A stretch of DNA of 62,795 nucleotides from an uncultured Methanosarcinales archaeon (GTDB lineage Archaea; Nanobdellota; Nanobdellia; Woesearchaeales; JACPBV01): NCBI GenBank assembly GCA_964577685.1, contig CAZNZT010000009.1, forward strand, positions 1-62,795. The letters run 5' to 3'. The notes under the pieces were generated by a model, which saw nothing but the letters and a program-made list of their open reading frames with translations, ran no database searches and had not been told where the DNA came from. Both the position numbers and the translations under genes were made by a program. Below are positions 29,492 to 40,124 of the stretch, one piece after another; positions within the stretch are counted from its first letter, which is position 1, and the number at the start of each line of letters is the position of its first letter.

Positions 29492-30445
29492 TTGGGGATT
29501 AAGATTCAGTCTTCAATAATCTTTCTAGGTACGGGACAGGGTTCGTTTGTAGTAGGTAAACAAATACGCTCTTCTGCTGGTTTTATATTGCAATCAGGCG
29601 AAAATCAATTTCATATTGATCCTGGCCCATCCGCTCTTGCAAAGGCGGCTGAGTATGGGGTAAATATTAGGGCAAATACAGCTATTTTTGTTTCCCATTC
29701 TCACATTAACCATTCCAATGATATAAATGCAGTAATAGATGCTATGACTTACTCTGGTTTTGATAAAAAGGGTGTATTGATAGCTAATAGTACTGTTGTT
29801 AATGGTAGTGAGGAATTAAGACCTGTTTTAAGTGGTTATTATAGGGACTTTCTAGAGCGATTTATTGTTATGCAACCAAACCAGCGTGTAGCCTTGAATG
29901 AAATAGAGATTCTAACATTGAAGACATTACATTCAGAACAAAATACCCTTGGATTTAAATTTTTTACACCCGAGTTTGTATTAACCTATTCTTCGGATAC
30001 CAGTTATTCTCCTGAATTGGTTAAGCAATATAAGAACTCTAATATTTTGATATTGAATGTCCCATACCTGAAAAGAGGAAAATATAATCTTTGTGTTGAA
30101 GATGCAATAAAAATAATAAAAGAAGTTAATCCAAGGTTAGCGATAATCCAGCATTTTGGGGTAGAAATGACAAAGGCGGATCCTTTATATCAGATAAGGG
30201 AGATTCAAAAGGCTACTAAGGTGCAAACAGTTGCGGCCAAGGATGGGATGGTTATAAACCCTTTATCATACTCTGTTGATAGGGGTCAAAGAACATTATA
30301 TTCTTTTCCAAAAAACCAGGTTAGAGGGAATAAAGAAGAAGAGATGAAGGATAGGAAACATGATGGTGGACCTGGAGAAAGTTTGTTAGATAGTGATAAG
30401 GTTCTAATGGATTTAATAGAAGAAGGAAAGACTAAACAAAATTAA
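29492..30445 (+). CDS. MBL-fold metallo-hydrolase
   Basis: FLGTG, IDPGP, SHSHINHSND, YSSDT, QHFG; start codon uncertain (TTG). Confidence 0.85.
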   Translation: MGIKIQSSIIFLGTGQGSFVVGKQIRSSAGFILQSGENQFHIDPGPSALAKAAEYGVNIRANTAIFVSHSHINHSNDINAVIDAMTYSGFDKKGVLIANSTVVNGSEELRPVLSGYYRDFLERFIVMQPNQRVALNEIEILTLKTLHSEQNTLGFKFFTPEFVLTYSSDTSYSPELVKQYKNSNILILNVPYLKRGKYNLCVEDAIKIIKEVNPRLAIIQHFGVEMTKADPLYQIREIQKATKVQTVAAKDGMVINPLSYSVDRGQRTLYSFPKNQVRGNKEEEMKDRKHDGGPGESLLDSDKVLMDLIEEGKTKQN

Positions 30446-31343
30446 GAAGCAAGATTATTCCATAACCAAGAAAACAACCTGCTGTTAAGAAGGGCATTGC
30501 AGGATAGAACTTGTCTTTCTTTGCTAAGATTAGTAATAGGAATAGGGCTATGCTAGCGAACACAGGTATTATTAAGGCTTTTAGGAAGCCTAACAATATT
30601 GTATTCTCTTTCATTAAATTTTTCATAACAACCCCAGCAAAAAGTAGGGGAAAACCCATATCTCCTCCACCCAATATAGCTGTTTTGATTTTTTCCTTCT
30701 TTGTTTTTTCTGCTTTTATCTCTTTTATGGCCGTTGGTTTTTCTGTTTTTTCATATGGGATTGAGATTCCAGCAAAGATGTTCTCTTTTGTTTGGAATTT
30801 AGCTAGTGTGACCATGTGTTTTATCTTCAGGACAGCTATGAAATCATATATTGATATTAGGATTAAGAGTACAAATGCAGCAAACAAATTAATTACTGGA
30901 ACAAATATTGCAGCTAACCCGCCATAGATAAACAACTCTGTTAGGTTTTGTATTATCTTATTTTGTTTAAATATCTTGTACCACCCGAATATGATTGCTA
31001 ATGGAAAAGCAATGTACTGATTCAGAAAAGCAGAGAATGCAACAGATAAACAGAGTGTGACAGCTAGAAAGAACCATACTTTCCAAAATATGCTTTTTTT
31101 GAAGCGAATAATTATTAACATTAGGATCGTTCCAATAATTATGGCAAGAAATATAAAAACAAACGAACTCTTTTGCTCTAATGGCGGTCTTTCAATATTG
31201 TATGGTAAAGAAATAAATTCTACTTTTCCTGTTTCTACTAGTAATTTGTGATTTATATATGAGTTAGTAATAGCCAAGCCAATAATCTGAGAAATAAAGA
31301 AAATGGATATTAATATTATGTTTATTTTTAAAGAGTGTTTCAT
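30432..31343 (-). CDS. Presenilin-family intramembrane aspartyl protease (PSH)
   Basis: SIYDFIAV..KHM, LGGGDMGFP and PAMPFL motifs; multi-TM. Confidence 0.92.
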   Translation of the reverse strand: MKHSLKINIILISIFFISQIIGLAITNSYINHKLLVETGKVEFISLPYNIERPPLEQKSSFVFIFLAIIIGTILMLIIIRFKKSIFWKVWFFLAVTLCLSVAFSAFLNQYIAFPLAIIFGWYKIFKQNKIIQNLTELFIYGGLAAIFVPVINLFAAFVLLILISIYDFIAVLKIKHMVTLAKFQTKENIFAGISIPYEKTEKPTAIKEIKAEKTKKEKIKTAILGGGDMGFPLLFAGVVMKNLMKENTILLGFLKALIIPVFASIALFLLLILAKKDKFYPAMPFLTAGCFLGYGIILLLNFV

Positions 31344-31384
31344 AGAAAAGTAAAGTTACCTCTATTATTTAAAGTTAACTTTTA

Positions 31385-32341
31385 TTAAGGAATTGTTTTG
31401 TACTTTACACTGACTAGAAACCATTCAATAGACAGAATCAATAGGGCTAATATAAACATTATCCATGAAAGATCTTTAGAGAGTTTTTTTTCTTTCATCA
31501 TTGCAATTTCTTTAAATGTTTTTTTTAGCATTTCTTTGTTATCTGCGTTAAAGTATTTGCCACCTGTTTGATTTGCAATCATCTTTAGGCTTTCTTCATC
31601 CAATTGTGAGGAGAATCCTATTGTATTTGTACCCCCTCCTTCTCTCGTTCCAACACCTATTGTATAGACTATGCTTTCTTTTGATTTAACATAGTCAAGT
31701 GCATCTTCTACGGGGGTTCCTATATTGCTTTGCCCATCTGTTAGCAATATTATGATTTTTTTATTTTCTTCGTCAAAGATATTAACAGCTGTGATTAAAG
31801 CATCTCCTATGTTTGTCCCACCAATTTTTTTTACCTTTATTGATTTTATTGCATTTTTGATATCTTCTTTTTTTGTTGTAGGGTTTATATCAATAAAGAT
31901 ATCTCCGGCAAAAGAGATAATTCCAATTTTTGATTTTTCACTAACAGAGTCAACGAAGGATATGGCAGACTCTTTTGCAGATTCAAGCCTATTTGGTTTG
32001 AAATCATCGGCTAACATACTTGAGCTACTATCAATTGCTATTACATAGTCATAGTTAGGTGCTTTTCCATGGTACCAGATTACTGGATTGCTCATTGAGA
32101 GGATTAATAGACTGTATGCTGTAGTTCTTAGAGCCAAAAGAAAAATATTTTTGTTAAGTAATAAGCCCCTGTATGGTTTTGTTAACAAAAGGCCTTTAGA
32201 GACTCTTTCTATTGCTTCAAAGTTTGAAAATCTCAAAGCAAGGTTTCTCTTTCTTTTTAGAGTGATAAGGTGGAGTGTAATAAGAAATGGAACAACTAAG
32301 AAGAGCCATAACAATTTAGGTTCGTTAAATGCTATCTCCAT
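31385..32341 (-). CDS. BatA-like vWA domain membrane protein
   Basis: N-terminal F.EP..LW, MIDAS DSSSSM, PNRL, GTNIG, LLTDG, C-terminal TM. Confidence 0.9.
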   Translation of the reverse strand: MEIAFNEPKLLWLFLVVPFLITLHLITLKRKRNLALRFSNFEAIERVSKGLLLTKPYRGLLLNKNIFLLALRTTAYSLLILSMSNPVIWYHGKAPNYDYVIAIDSSSSMLADDFKPNRLESAKESAISFVDSVSEKSKIGIISFAGDIFIDINPTTKKEDIKNAIKSIKVKKIGGTNIGDALITAVNIFDEENKKIIILLTDGQSNIGTPVEDALDYVKSKESIVYTIGVGTREGGGTNTIGFSSQLDEESLKMIANQTGGKYFNADNKEMLKKTFKEIAMMKEKKLSKDLSWIMFILALLILSIEWFLVSVKYKTIP

Positions 32342-33219
32342 TTTCTAATCCTCTCTTTAAAGAATAATAGGATAGGATTTACAAAATCCTCATTTGTGGT
32401 TAAGGAAATAAATCCAGAACCAGTTTTTTCAAAAAGACTTTTTAAGTACAGCTCGTTTCTTTTAACATGGTTTCTAAATGCTTTTTTTATCTTCTCAGGT
32501 TGTATTATTATTTGTTTTCTTGTGAATGGGTCTTCTAGTATGAGTTGTGTGTCTGTCTCTGGTAAAACCTTGTCTCTTGGGTCTCTAATCATTATTCCTA
32601 CTACATCAAATTTTTTTGCTGCTATTCTTAGATATCTTTCCCAGTTTCCCTTTAGTCCAATAAAGTCAGATATTATTATTATAAGTGAGAAGGGTTTAAA
32701 GAACTCTAATGAGAACTTGAGTGTATTTGCAAGGTCATAACCACCACCATATGAATTAATATTGACAAGCGCTTTTGATAATAGGTAAAATTGTTTTTTT
32801 CCTGGTTCAGGATATACTTTTTCTTTGATTTTATCACTAAATGTAATAAAACCAAGATGATCACCTGCTTCTAGGATAGCATATCCCAGAGAAACAGCAA
32901 CTTCTGCCGCATATTCATTTTTTAGTTTTTCAGTGGTTCCATATACCATTGAAGAACTTGTGTCAATCAGTAAGGCAACATTCAATTTACGCTCTTCTTC
33001 ATAGCTTTTCATAAGGAGTTGGTTTGTTCTCATACTTGCTTTCCAGTCTATCCTACTAGCATCCTCTCCGGGAGTGTATTCTCTATACTCCGTGAACTCT
33101 AGCCCTCTTCCTTTGAAACCACTCCTATATCCTCCAATAAAGTGGGATTTCACCAATGCTTTTGTAATAATCTCTAATTTCCTGATAGCTGGCTTTAGTG
33201 ATATCTTTAATTTAGCCAT
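32332..33219 (-). CDS. DUF58 family protein
   Basis: G.YRSGFKGRGLEF..YREYTPGED..RIDWKAS, DTSSSM, ISDF. Confidence 0.92.
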   Translation of the reverse strand: MAKLKISLKPAIRKLEIITKALVKSHFIGGYRSGFKGRGLEFTEYREYTPGEDASRIDWKASMRTNQLLMKSYEEERKLNVALLIDTSSSMVYGTTEKLKNEYAAEVAVSLGYAILEAGDHLGFITFSDKIKEKVYPEPGKKQFYLLSKALVNINSYGGGYDLANTLKFSLEFFKPFSLIIIISDFIGLKGNWERYLRIAAKKFDVVGIMIRDPRDKVLPETDTQLILEDPFTRKQIIIQPEKIKKAFRNHVKRNELYLKSLFEKTGSGFISLTTNEDFVNPILLFFKERIRKWR

Positions 33220-33220
33220 T

Positions 33221-34195
33221 TTATGGAATAGGCACCTTAGAAAGGATTTCGGTTATGATATCATCTGTTTTTATCCCTTCTGATTGTCCCTCATAATTTA
33301 GAAGAATTCTATGCCTTAGGACAGAATGAGCAACATTTTTTACATTTTGTGGCGTAACAAATGTTTTTCCCTTTATCAGAGCATTTGCTTTGGACGCAAT
33401 AAATAATCCAATAGATGCTCTTGGTGATGCTCCGTATTCTATGTACTGCCCGTATTTTATTTTGTATTTTTCTGGATTTCTTGTTGCATCTATTATTCTT
33501 ACAATATATTCTTCTATCTTCTCACTTAGGTAGACCTCCTTTGTCATTCTCTGCATCTCTATAATCCTATTCGGTGTGACAACTGGCTTTAGACGGAAAT
33601 CCTCGAAGTTATAGAGGGTAACATTTTTCTTTATTAGCGTTTTTTCTTCATCTAGTGAGGGGTAGCCCATATATATTTTTAATAGGAACCTGTCAATCTG
33701 AGCTTCTGGGAGAGGATAAACACCTGCACTTTCTATTGGGTTTTGCGTTGCCATAACAAAGAATGGGTCTTCTAGCTTGAAAGTTTCTTTTCCTATGGTT
33801 ACTTGCCTTTCTTGCATGGCTTCTAGCATAGCAGATTGGGTTTTTGGAGGCGCCCTGTTTATTTCATCTGCAATAATAAAATTAGCGAATATAGGTCCTT
33901 TGATGATATAAAATCCTCTTGTTTTGTCGTAAGCTGTAATTCCTGTGATGTCGGTTGGTAACAAGTCAACAGTGAACTGTATCCTTCTGAATTTACCACC
34001 ACATACAGCTGCTAGCGATCTGATTAGTAGGGTTTTTGCTATTCCAGGGACACCTTCTACTAACACATGCCCATTACAAAGCAAGCCTGTGAGAAAGCTA
34101 TCAATCGCTTTTTGCTGGCCGACTACAATTTTTGATATTTCTTTTTTTATATTTTCTATATCTTTTTGATATCTTTTTACATCCTTTTTTATCAT
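33221..34195 (-). CDS. moxR: MoxR family AAA+ ATPase
   Basis: EGVPGIAKT, RIQFTVDLLP, DEINRAPPKTQSA, ATQNPIE, LPEAQIDRF. Confidence 0.95.
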   Translation of the reverse strand: MIKKDVKRYQKDIENIKKEISKIVVGQQKAIDSFLTGLLCNGHVLVEGVPGIAKTLLIRSLAAVCGGKFRRIQFTVDLLPTDITGITAYDKTRGFYIIKGPIFANFIIADEINRAPPKTQSAMLEAMQERQVTIGKETFKLEDPFFVMATQNPIESAGVYPLPEAQIDRFLLKIYMGYPSLDEEKTLIKKNVTLYNFEDFRLKPVVTPNRIIEMQRMTKEVYLSEKIEEYIVRIIDATRNPEKYKIKYGQYIEYGASPRASIGLFIASKANALIKGKTFVTPQNVKNVAHSVLRHRILLNYEGQSEGIKTDDIITEILSKVPIP

Positions 34196-34292
34196 TATTT
34201 TTTTATTTTTTTTATGTTTATAAATAAATTATTAATAACTCTCTAATAGCAAAAACGATAGTTTTAAATAATTATTTAATGAAGTATTTCTT

Positions 34293-34652
34293 ATGAATCT
34301 CTTTAAAAAGAAAAAATTAAAAAAGCATAGAAGGATTTCAAGGAGAGAGATATTAAAAAGAAAGGCACTTATCAGGTTAGGAAAACTTAATCTTAGAAAA
34401 AAGAATTGCGAGGATATGTTATCTAAGATACTAAGGGACTTTTTTTCTGATGCACTTAAGATAAGGTACGAGTTTACATATGAAGAATTGATTCGAGAGT
34501 TAAAGAATAAGAAGATAGGAAAGAACCGAAAGAATCAAATAGTAACAATTTTAGAGGAACTTAATAATATTGAGTTTACAAAAAATAGACTTTCTGCAAA
34601 GGACATTAGACTTTTTAAGGATAGGATATCACAACTTATCCGTTTTTTTTGA
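34293..34652 (+). CDS. Hypothetical basic protein
   Basis: 119-aa ATG ORF with TATA-like box; IRYEFTYEEL segment; no function recognised. Confidence 0.65.
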   Translation: MNLFKKKKLKKHRRISRREILKRKALIRLGKLNLRKKNCEDMLSKILRDFFSDALKIRYEFTYEELIRELKNKKIGKNRKNQIVTILEELNNIEFTKNRLSAKDIRLFKDRISQLIRFF

Positions 34653-34843
34653 AAATCAATCATTTCTATTGTTTTTTAGTTTAGATAAGTATAATTCTAA
34701 TTTTATTTGTCAAAATAAGTATTATTTACAGGTTTTGGTTCTTATAAGGACATAATATTCTTTTTTTGTTTTTTGTTCTCTAAAGCTAAAGAAAAAATTT
34801 TATATAAAAGGGTTAATTATCAAATAGGAATTGGGGGTGTTTT

Positions 34844-36445
34844 ATGCAAGAGTATTTTGATGAGGTAAAAAAAGCTAAAATAGGGGAGATAGTGCCAATT
34901 TACAAGGTGTTAGAAGGTTCTTTTGATTCTTTTGATTTCTTTGCTAAGATTTCAAATTATGGAAGGAAGAAATATTCTGTTTTGTTCGAATCAGCAGATA
35001 TAGTGCCGAAATACGGGGAATTAAGCCTTGGTAGTGCTTCTCCTTGTTTGGTGCTAAGAGGATTTAATGAGGACTTCGAGATAAGAGCATTAAATAGGTT
35101 AGGGAAAAAGATTATAAGGCTCTTAAAAAAGGATCTTGGTTTCTGTGATAAACTATCTTTTAAGCAAGACCTAATTAAAGGGAAATTAACGCCAAAGAGG
35201 AAAAGGGTTTCTGAGGAGCAGAGGCTAAGATTGAAGACCCATATGGATATTATAAGGGCTGTGGCTTTTAAGTTTAAGCCAACTAGGAAGCCATTTATCC
35301 CTTATTGTGGTCTGTTTGGGGCGATTAGCTATGATTTTATTAATCAATTTGAGGATTTACCAAAGAATAAACAGGATATGCTCAATAATCCAGATTATGA
35401 GTTTTACTTTCTTGATAATCTTTTTTTAATAGACCACAAAAAGAGCAGAGCGTATCTAATAGCTAATGCATTGATTACAGATAATAACAAGGAGGAGATA
35501 TATACTGAGTGTATAAAGAAGATTCAGGCTTATGAGAAACTGTTAAAAAAGAAGACTCCTAAGCCAAGAAGGTTTAAGCCTATAAAACAAATGATTGAAA
35601 CAGATACACCCAGAAAAGATTATGAAAAGGTTGTGTCAAGGATAAAGGAACATATTCTAGAAGGAGATGTTTTTCAGGCTGTTGTTTCTAGGACAATTGT
35701 AACTAACTATAATTCTGAGCCCCTTGATATATACAAGAAGCTGCGTGACTTAAATCCTTCCCCTTATATGTTTTATATTAATCTAACAGATGGCATCTTG
35801 TTAGGAGCTTCTCCTGAGATGGCGCTACGGGTTCAGGGTGAGCAGGATAAGATAGTTGAGATAAGACCAATAGCTGGAACAAAACCAAGGGGGCTTATCA
35901 CTGAGAATATAGACCCAGACCTGGATTCTAGATATGAGGTGGAGCTAAAGATAGATACTAAGGAATTAGCAGAACATACAATGCTAATAGATCTTGCTAG
36001 GAATGATGTTGCGAGGATATCAGAAACAGGCACAAGATTTTGTAATGAGCCATTTATTGTTGAAAAGTATTCTCATGTACAACACCTGGTTTCTAATGTA
36101 AGAGGTATTCTAAAGAGAGACCTAGACGCTCTGCATGCATATATTGCTACGATGAATATGGGGACATTAACAGGATGTCCGAAAGTAGAGGCAATGAGGT
36201 TAATAAGGATGTATGAAAAGAATAAACGAGGTTTTTATGGCGGCTCTGTTGGTTATGTAACTCCTAGTAAAGATATGGATACCGCTATTGTGATAAGGTC
36301 TATGTTCTTAAAGAACAAGAAGGCATATATAAGGGCTGGGGCTGGTATAGTGTATGACTCAGTACCAAAGAACGAATTCTATGAAACAGAAAAAAAGGCA
36401 AAGGCATGCCTGAGGGCTATTAAGTTGGCAGGTGGTTTAAAGTGA
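34844..36445 (+). CDS. trpE: Anthranilate synthase component I
   Basis: LFESA, GDVFQ, NPSPY, GASPE, PIAGTKPRG, KELAEHTMLIDLARND, GTLTG.PK, AGAGIVYDS. Confidence 0.95.
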   Translation: MQEYFDEVKKAKIGEIVPIYKVLEGSFDSFDFFAKISNYGRKKYSVLFESADIVPKYGELSLGSASPCLVLRGFNEDFEIRALNRLGKKIIRLLKKDLGFCDKLSFKQDLIKGKLTPKRKRVSEEQRLRLKTHMDIIRAVAFKFKPTRKPFIPYCGLFGAISYDFINQFEDLPKNKQDMLNNPDYEFYFLDNLFLIDHKKSRAYLIANALITDNNKEEIYTECIKKIQAYEKLLKKKTPKPRRFKPIKQMIETDTPRKDYEKVVSRIKEHILEGDVFQAVVSRTIVTNYNSEPLDIYKKLRDLNPSPYMFYINLTDGILLGASPEMALRVQGEQDKIVEIRPIAGTKPRGLITENIDPDLDSRYEVELKIDTKELAEHTMLIDLARNDVARISETGTRFCNEPFIVEKYSHVQHLVSNVRGILKRDLDALHAYIATMNMGTLTGCPKVEAMRLIRMYEKNKRGFYGGSVGYVTPSKDMDTAIVIRSMFLKNKKAYIRAGAGIVYDSVPKNEFYETEKKAKACLRAIKLAGGLK

Positions 36446-37026
36446 GGGTATTTTTTATAGATAACTTTGATTCCTTTACTTATAACTTGGTTGATGAATT
36501 CAGAAAGAGGAATTGTGAAGTGTTAGTTTATAGGAATAACATAGACCTTAAGCTTGCAAGGGAAATTATAAAAAAATTTAAACCAGATTTGATTGTTATT
36601 TCTCCTGGTCCTGGAACACCGAAGGATGCTGGCGTTTCAAATGATATCATTAGAGAGTATCACCAAGAGGTGCCTATATTTGGTGTTTGTTTAGGCCACC
36701 AATGTATTATAGATGTTTTTGGGGGTAGGATTGATAAGGCAATAGAGACTGTTCATGGTAAACCGTCAAAGATAAAGCATGATAATGTAGGAATATTCCA
36801 TGGGGTAGAAAACCCATTTCAGGCTGGAAGATACCATTCTTTGATTGGTTATGATATACCCTATTGTTTGGAGATATCTGCGAGAACAATTGATAAGGAG
36901 CTTGTTATGGCAGTCAGGCATAAGGATTGTATGGTAATAGGTGTTCAATTCCATCCAGAGTCTATTCTTACCCCTGTTGGGGGATTGATAATATCTAATT
37001 TAATTAATCTGATAAAAAGGAAGTGA
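36442..37026 (+). CDS. trpG: Anthranilate synthase component II (glutamine amidotransferase)
   Basis: IDNFDSFTYNL, SPGPG, GVCLGHQ, RYHSL, QFHPES. Confidence 0.95.
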   Translation: MRVFFIDNFDSFTYNLVDEFRKRNCEVLVYRNNIDLKLAREIIKKFKPDLIVISPGPGTPKDAGVSNDIIREYHQEVPIFGVCLGHQCIIDVFGGRIDKAIETVHGKPSKIKHDNVGIFHGVENPFQAGRYHSLIGYDIPYCLEISARTIDKELVMAVRHKDCMVIGVQFHPESILTPVGGLIISNLINLIKRK

Positions 37027-38048
37027 TGAGGATGATTAAGGAAACGATTCAAAAGTTAGTTAATGGAGAAAACCTTAATACCCAAGAAGCAGAAAATGCA
37101 ATGGAAGAGATTATGTCTGGTAAGGCTACAGATGCCCAGATTGCTGGTTTTTTAGTTGCTTTAAGACTGAAGGGGGAAACAATAGATGAGGTTGCTGCTC
37201 TTGCAAAGGTTATGCGTAAGAAGGCTACGAGGATAAGACCAAAAAATCATTCTAGGCTTGTTGATGTTGTCGGTACTGGGGGTGATAAGTCAGGTACATT
37301 TAATATATCCACTGTTTCATCTTTTGTTGTTGCTGGTGCTGGTGTTCCTGTAGCGAAGCATGGAAATAGGGGTGTAAGTTCAAAATGTGGTTCAGCAGAC
37401 CTCTTAACAGCATTAGGCGTGAGGATCGATTTAGAACCAAAAATCGTAGAGAAATGCATTAGTGATGTAGGGATAGGATATATGTTCGCTCCGAAGTTTC
37501 ATGGAGCAATGAAATATGCTATTGGCCCAAGAAGGGAGTTGGGTATAAGGACTGTTTTCAATATTTTGGGTCCTTTAACTAACCCAGCAGAAGCTCCGTT
37601 TGAATTAATGGGTGTTTTTGATGAAGGTTTAGTTGAGCCTCTGGCTGAGGTTCTTGGTAAGCTGGGTTGTGAACATGCTGTTGTTGTTCATGGTAATGGT
37701 TTGGATGAGATTACAATAGAAGCTGATACCTTTGTTGCAGAATACAAAGAAAACCATATTACCACATACAATATTAAGCCTACTGATTTTGGAATCAAGC
37801 TTTCTCCAATAGAAGAGATAAAAGGAAACAATCCTGAGGAGAATGCTAAGATAGCATTGGATATTCTAAGTGGAAAAGAAAGAGGGGCTAAGAGAGATGT
37901 GGTTTTATTAAATGCTGGAGTGGCACTTTATGCGGCAGATAAGGCAAATGATGTCAAAGAAGGAATTGAATTGGCAAAGCAGTCTATCGATTCAGGGATG
38001 GCTTTAGAAAAGCTAAATCAGTTAAAAGAGTTTACCAATATGTATTAG
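37023..38048 (+). CDS. trpD: Anthranilate phosphoribosyltransferase
   Basis: GTGGD, NIST, KHGNR..SSKCGSAD, RTVFNILGPLTNP, GLDE. Confidence 0.96.
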   Translation: MMRMIKETIQKLVNGENLNTQEAENAMEEIMSGKATDAQIAGFLVALRLKGETIDEVAALAKVMRKKATRIRPKNHSRLVDVVGTGGDKSGTFNISTVSSFVVAGAGVPVAKHGNRGVSSKCGSADLLTALGVRIDLEPKIVEKCISDVGIGYMFAPKFHGAMKYAIGPRRELGIRTVFNILGPLTNPAEAPFELMGVFDEGLVEPLAEVLGKLGCEHAVVVHGNGLDEITIEADTFVAEYKENHITTYNIKPTDFGIKLSPIEEIKGNNPEENAKIALDILSGKERGAKRDVVLLNAGVALYAADKANDVKEGIELAKQSIDSGMALEKLNQLKEFTNMY

Positions 38049-38069
38049 GCAAATTGCTAGATTTTTGAA

Positions 38070-38840
38070 ATGATATTAAATAAAATCATAACTTACAAAA
38101 AAAAAGAGGTAAAAAAGAAAAAAAAAGAACTTCCTTTAACCAAGATAAAAAGTAATCTAAAGGAATCAAATAGAGATTTTAAACTTTCTATCTCAAAGGG
38201 ATTTAATTTAATAGCTGAGATAAAGAAAGGTTCTCCCTCGGAGGGCATAATCAATAGAGATTTCAATTTAGAAAGAATATCTAGGATTTACAATAATAAC
38301 AAATATGTTAAGGCTATATCTGTTTTGACAGATAAAAAATTTTTTTTTATGCATTCCTCTTTTTTATCTATTGTAAGGACATTAACAAGTAAACCTATAT
38401 TGAGAAAGGACTTTATAATTGATGAATATCAGGTTTACGAAACAAGATATCTTGGTGGAGATGCTGTTTTACTGATTGCAAGGTTATTAAGTATAGGTGA
38501 AATGAATAGATTTATTTCTATTGCTAGAAGATATTCTATGGATTGTTTAGTTGAGGTCCATAGTCTAGAAGAATTAGAAAAGGTATTAAAGACAAAAGCA
38601 CAAATAATAGGGATAAATAATCGGAATCTTGATACTCTAAAAATTGATTTAGGGATTACCAATAGACTTCTTGATTATATACCAGAGGGAAAGATTGTTA
38701 TCGCGGAGTCGGGTTATAATACAAGTAAGGATATAAGTAGAATAAGGGACAAAGTTAATGGAGTGCTAATTGGGACATCATTTTTGAAATCAAAAGATAT
38801 AAATAAGAAGATAAATAGTATAATGCAATATAAAAGATGA
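38070..38840 (+). CDS. trpC: Indole-3-glycerol phosphate synthase
   Basis: IAEIKKGSPS, ISVLTD, LRKDFI, LVEVH, GINNRNL, AESG. Confidence 0.95.
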   Translation: MILNKIITYKKKEVKKKKKELPLTKIKSNLKESNRDFKLSISKGFNLIAEIKKGSPSEGIINRDFNLERISRIYNNNKYVKAISVLTDKKFFFMHSSFLSIVRTLTSKPILRKDFIIDEYQVYETRYLGGDAVLLIARLLSIGEMNRFISIARRYSMDCLVEVHSLEELEKVLKTKAQIIGINNRNLDTLKIDLGITNRLLDYIPEGKIVIAESGYNTSKDISRIRDKVNGVLIGTSFLKSKDINKKINSIMQYKR

Positions 38841-39481
38841 AAATTAAAATAGCTCCCTCTATATTATCTGCAGATAGGACTAGACTCCAGGAGGAGGTTA
38901 ATGAGGTTGAGCAATATGCTGATTTGTTGCATATAGATGTTATGGATGGAAAATTTGTTCCTCCGAAGACCTTTACACCAAAAGAGATAAAAGCTTTGAA
39001 AACAAGACTAATAAAGGATGTGCATCTTATGGTTGTTGAACCTGAAAATAGTTTTATTTCAGATTTTATAGATGCAGGGGCTGGTATTGTGACAATACAC
39101 TTGGAGGCATGTAGGGATATTAGAGGTGCAATAAATATGATAAAGGATAGAGGGATTAAGGTTGGTGTTTCAATAAACCCTCCTACACCTTTAAGGACAT
39201 TGCTGCCTTATGTTGATGAAATTGATATGGCATTAATCATGTCTGTTAATCCAGGCTATGCTGGCCAGAGCTTTATTCCAAGTGTTTTATCTAAGGTGAG
39301 AGAGTTAAGAAAGCTAAGAGAAAAACTTGATATACAGATAGACGGTGGAATAAATAAGGATACAATTAAGCTGGCTGTTGAGGCTGGAGCAAATATAATT
39401 GTTGCTGGCTCTGCTATATTTAATAGCAGAGATAGGAAAAAAGCCATTGAAGAGCTTAGAAGAGCAGCTGAACATGGTTAA
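38837..39481 (+). CDS. rpe: Ribulose-phosphate 3-epimerase
   Basis: IAPSILSAD, HIDVMDGKFVP, DVHLMV, MSVNPG, IDGGI, VAGSAIF. Confidence 0.95.
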   Translation: MKIKIAPSILSADRTRLQEEVNEVEQYADLLHIDVMDGKFVPPKTFTPKEIKALKTRLIKDVHLMVVEPENSFISDFIDAGAGIVTIHLEACRDIRGAINMIKDRGIKVGVSINPPTPLRTLLPYVDEIDMALIMSVNPGYAGQSFIPSVLSKVRELRKLREKLDIQIDGGINKDTIKLAVEAGANIIVAGSAIFNSRDRKKAIEELRRAAEHG

Positions 39482-40121
39482 GGTAAAAATATGTGGGATA
39501 ACAAATAAAAAAGACGCATTAAAGGCAATCAATTTTGGAGCAGATTATGTTGGATTTTTAGTGGAAATAGATTTTGCTGAAGATAAGGTAACAAGAGAGA
39601 AGGCAAAAGAGATTATAGGTGTATTGCCTACTAATGTAAAATCAGTTTTTGTTACTTATTTGCAGAAAGCCGAACCGATTGTTGAGATAGCTAGGATGAT
39701 AAGGCCTGCTGTTATACAATTACATAACTATATAGCTCTTGGGGAGATTATGAAAATAAGGAAACTATTACCAAGAATAGAACTTATTAAGGCTGTGTCT
39801 GTTTTGGATGGTAAATCAATAACAGAAGCAAAGAAATTTGAAAGATATGTTGATTTTATCTTACTTGATACAAAGATAAAAGGAAAGAAAGGAGGGACTG
39901 GTAAGGTTCATGATTGGAATCTTAGTGCAAAAATAGTTAAAGAGGTAAAAAAACCTGTATTTTTGGCAGGTGGTTTAAACCCGGAAAATATAAAAAAGGC
40001 TATAATGGAAGTAAGGCCTTATGGTGTTGATACGAATTCAGGAGTAAAGCTAAGAGCAAGAAAGAAAAGTTATAAGAAGCTTAGAAGGTTTATAGAAAGA
40101 GCTAAAAGTTTAGGTGGTTAA
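39474..40121 (+). CDS. trpF: Phosphoribosylanthranilate isomerase
   Basis: VKICGIT, IQLH, LLDT, GGTG..HDW, LAGGLNPEN, VDTNSGV; ATG 39474. Confidence 0.93.
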   Translation: MVKVKICGITNKKDALKAINFGADYVGFLVEIDFAEDKVTREKAKEIIGVLPTNVKSVFVTYLQKAEPIVEIARMIRPAVIQLHNYIALGEIMKIRKLLPRIELIKAVSVLDGKSITEAKKFERYVDFILLDTKIKGKKGGTGKVHDWNLSAKIVKEVKKPVFLAGGLNPENIKKAIMEVRPYGVDTNSGVKLRARKKSYKKLRRFIERAKSLGG

Positions 40122-40124
40122 AAA

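Noticed and set aside
31385..34195. MoxR-DUF58-vWA cluster as a novel system
   Set aside because: Well-known conserved gene trio
34653..34843. Trp attenuator or leader peptide upstream of trpE
   Set aside because: No Trp-codon leader ORF or GC-rich alternative hairpins seen
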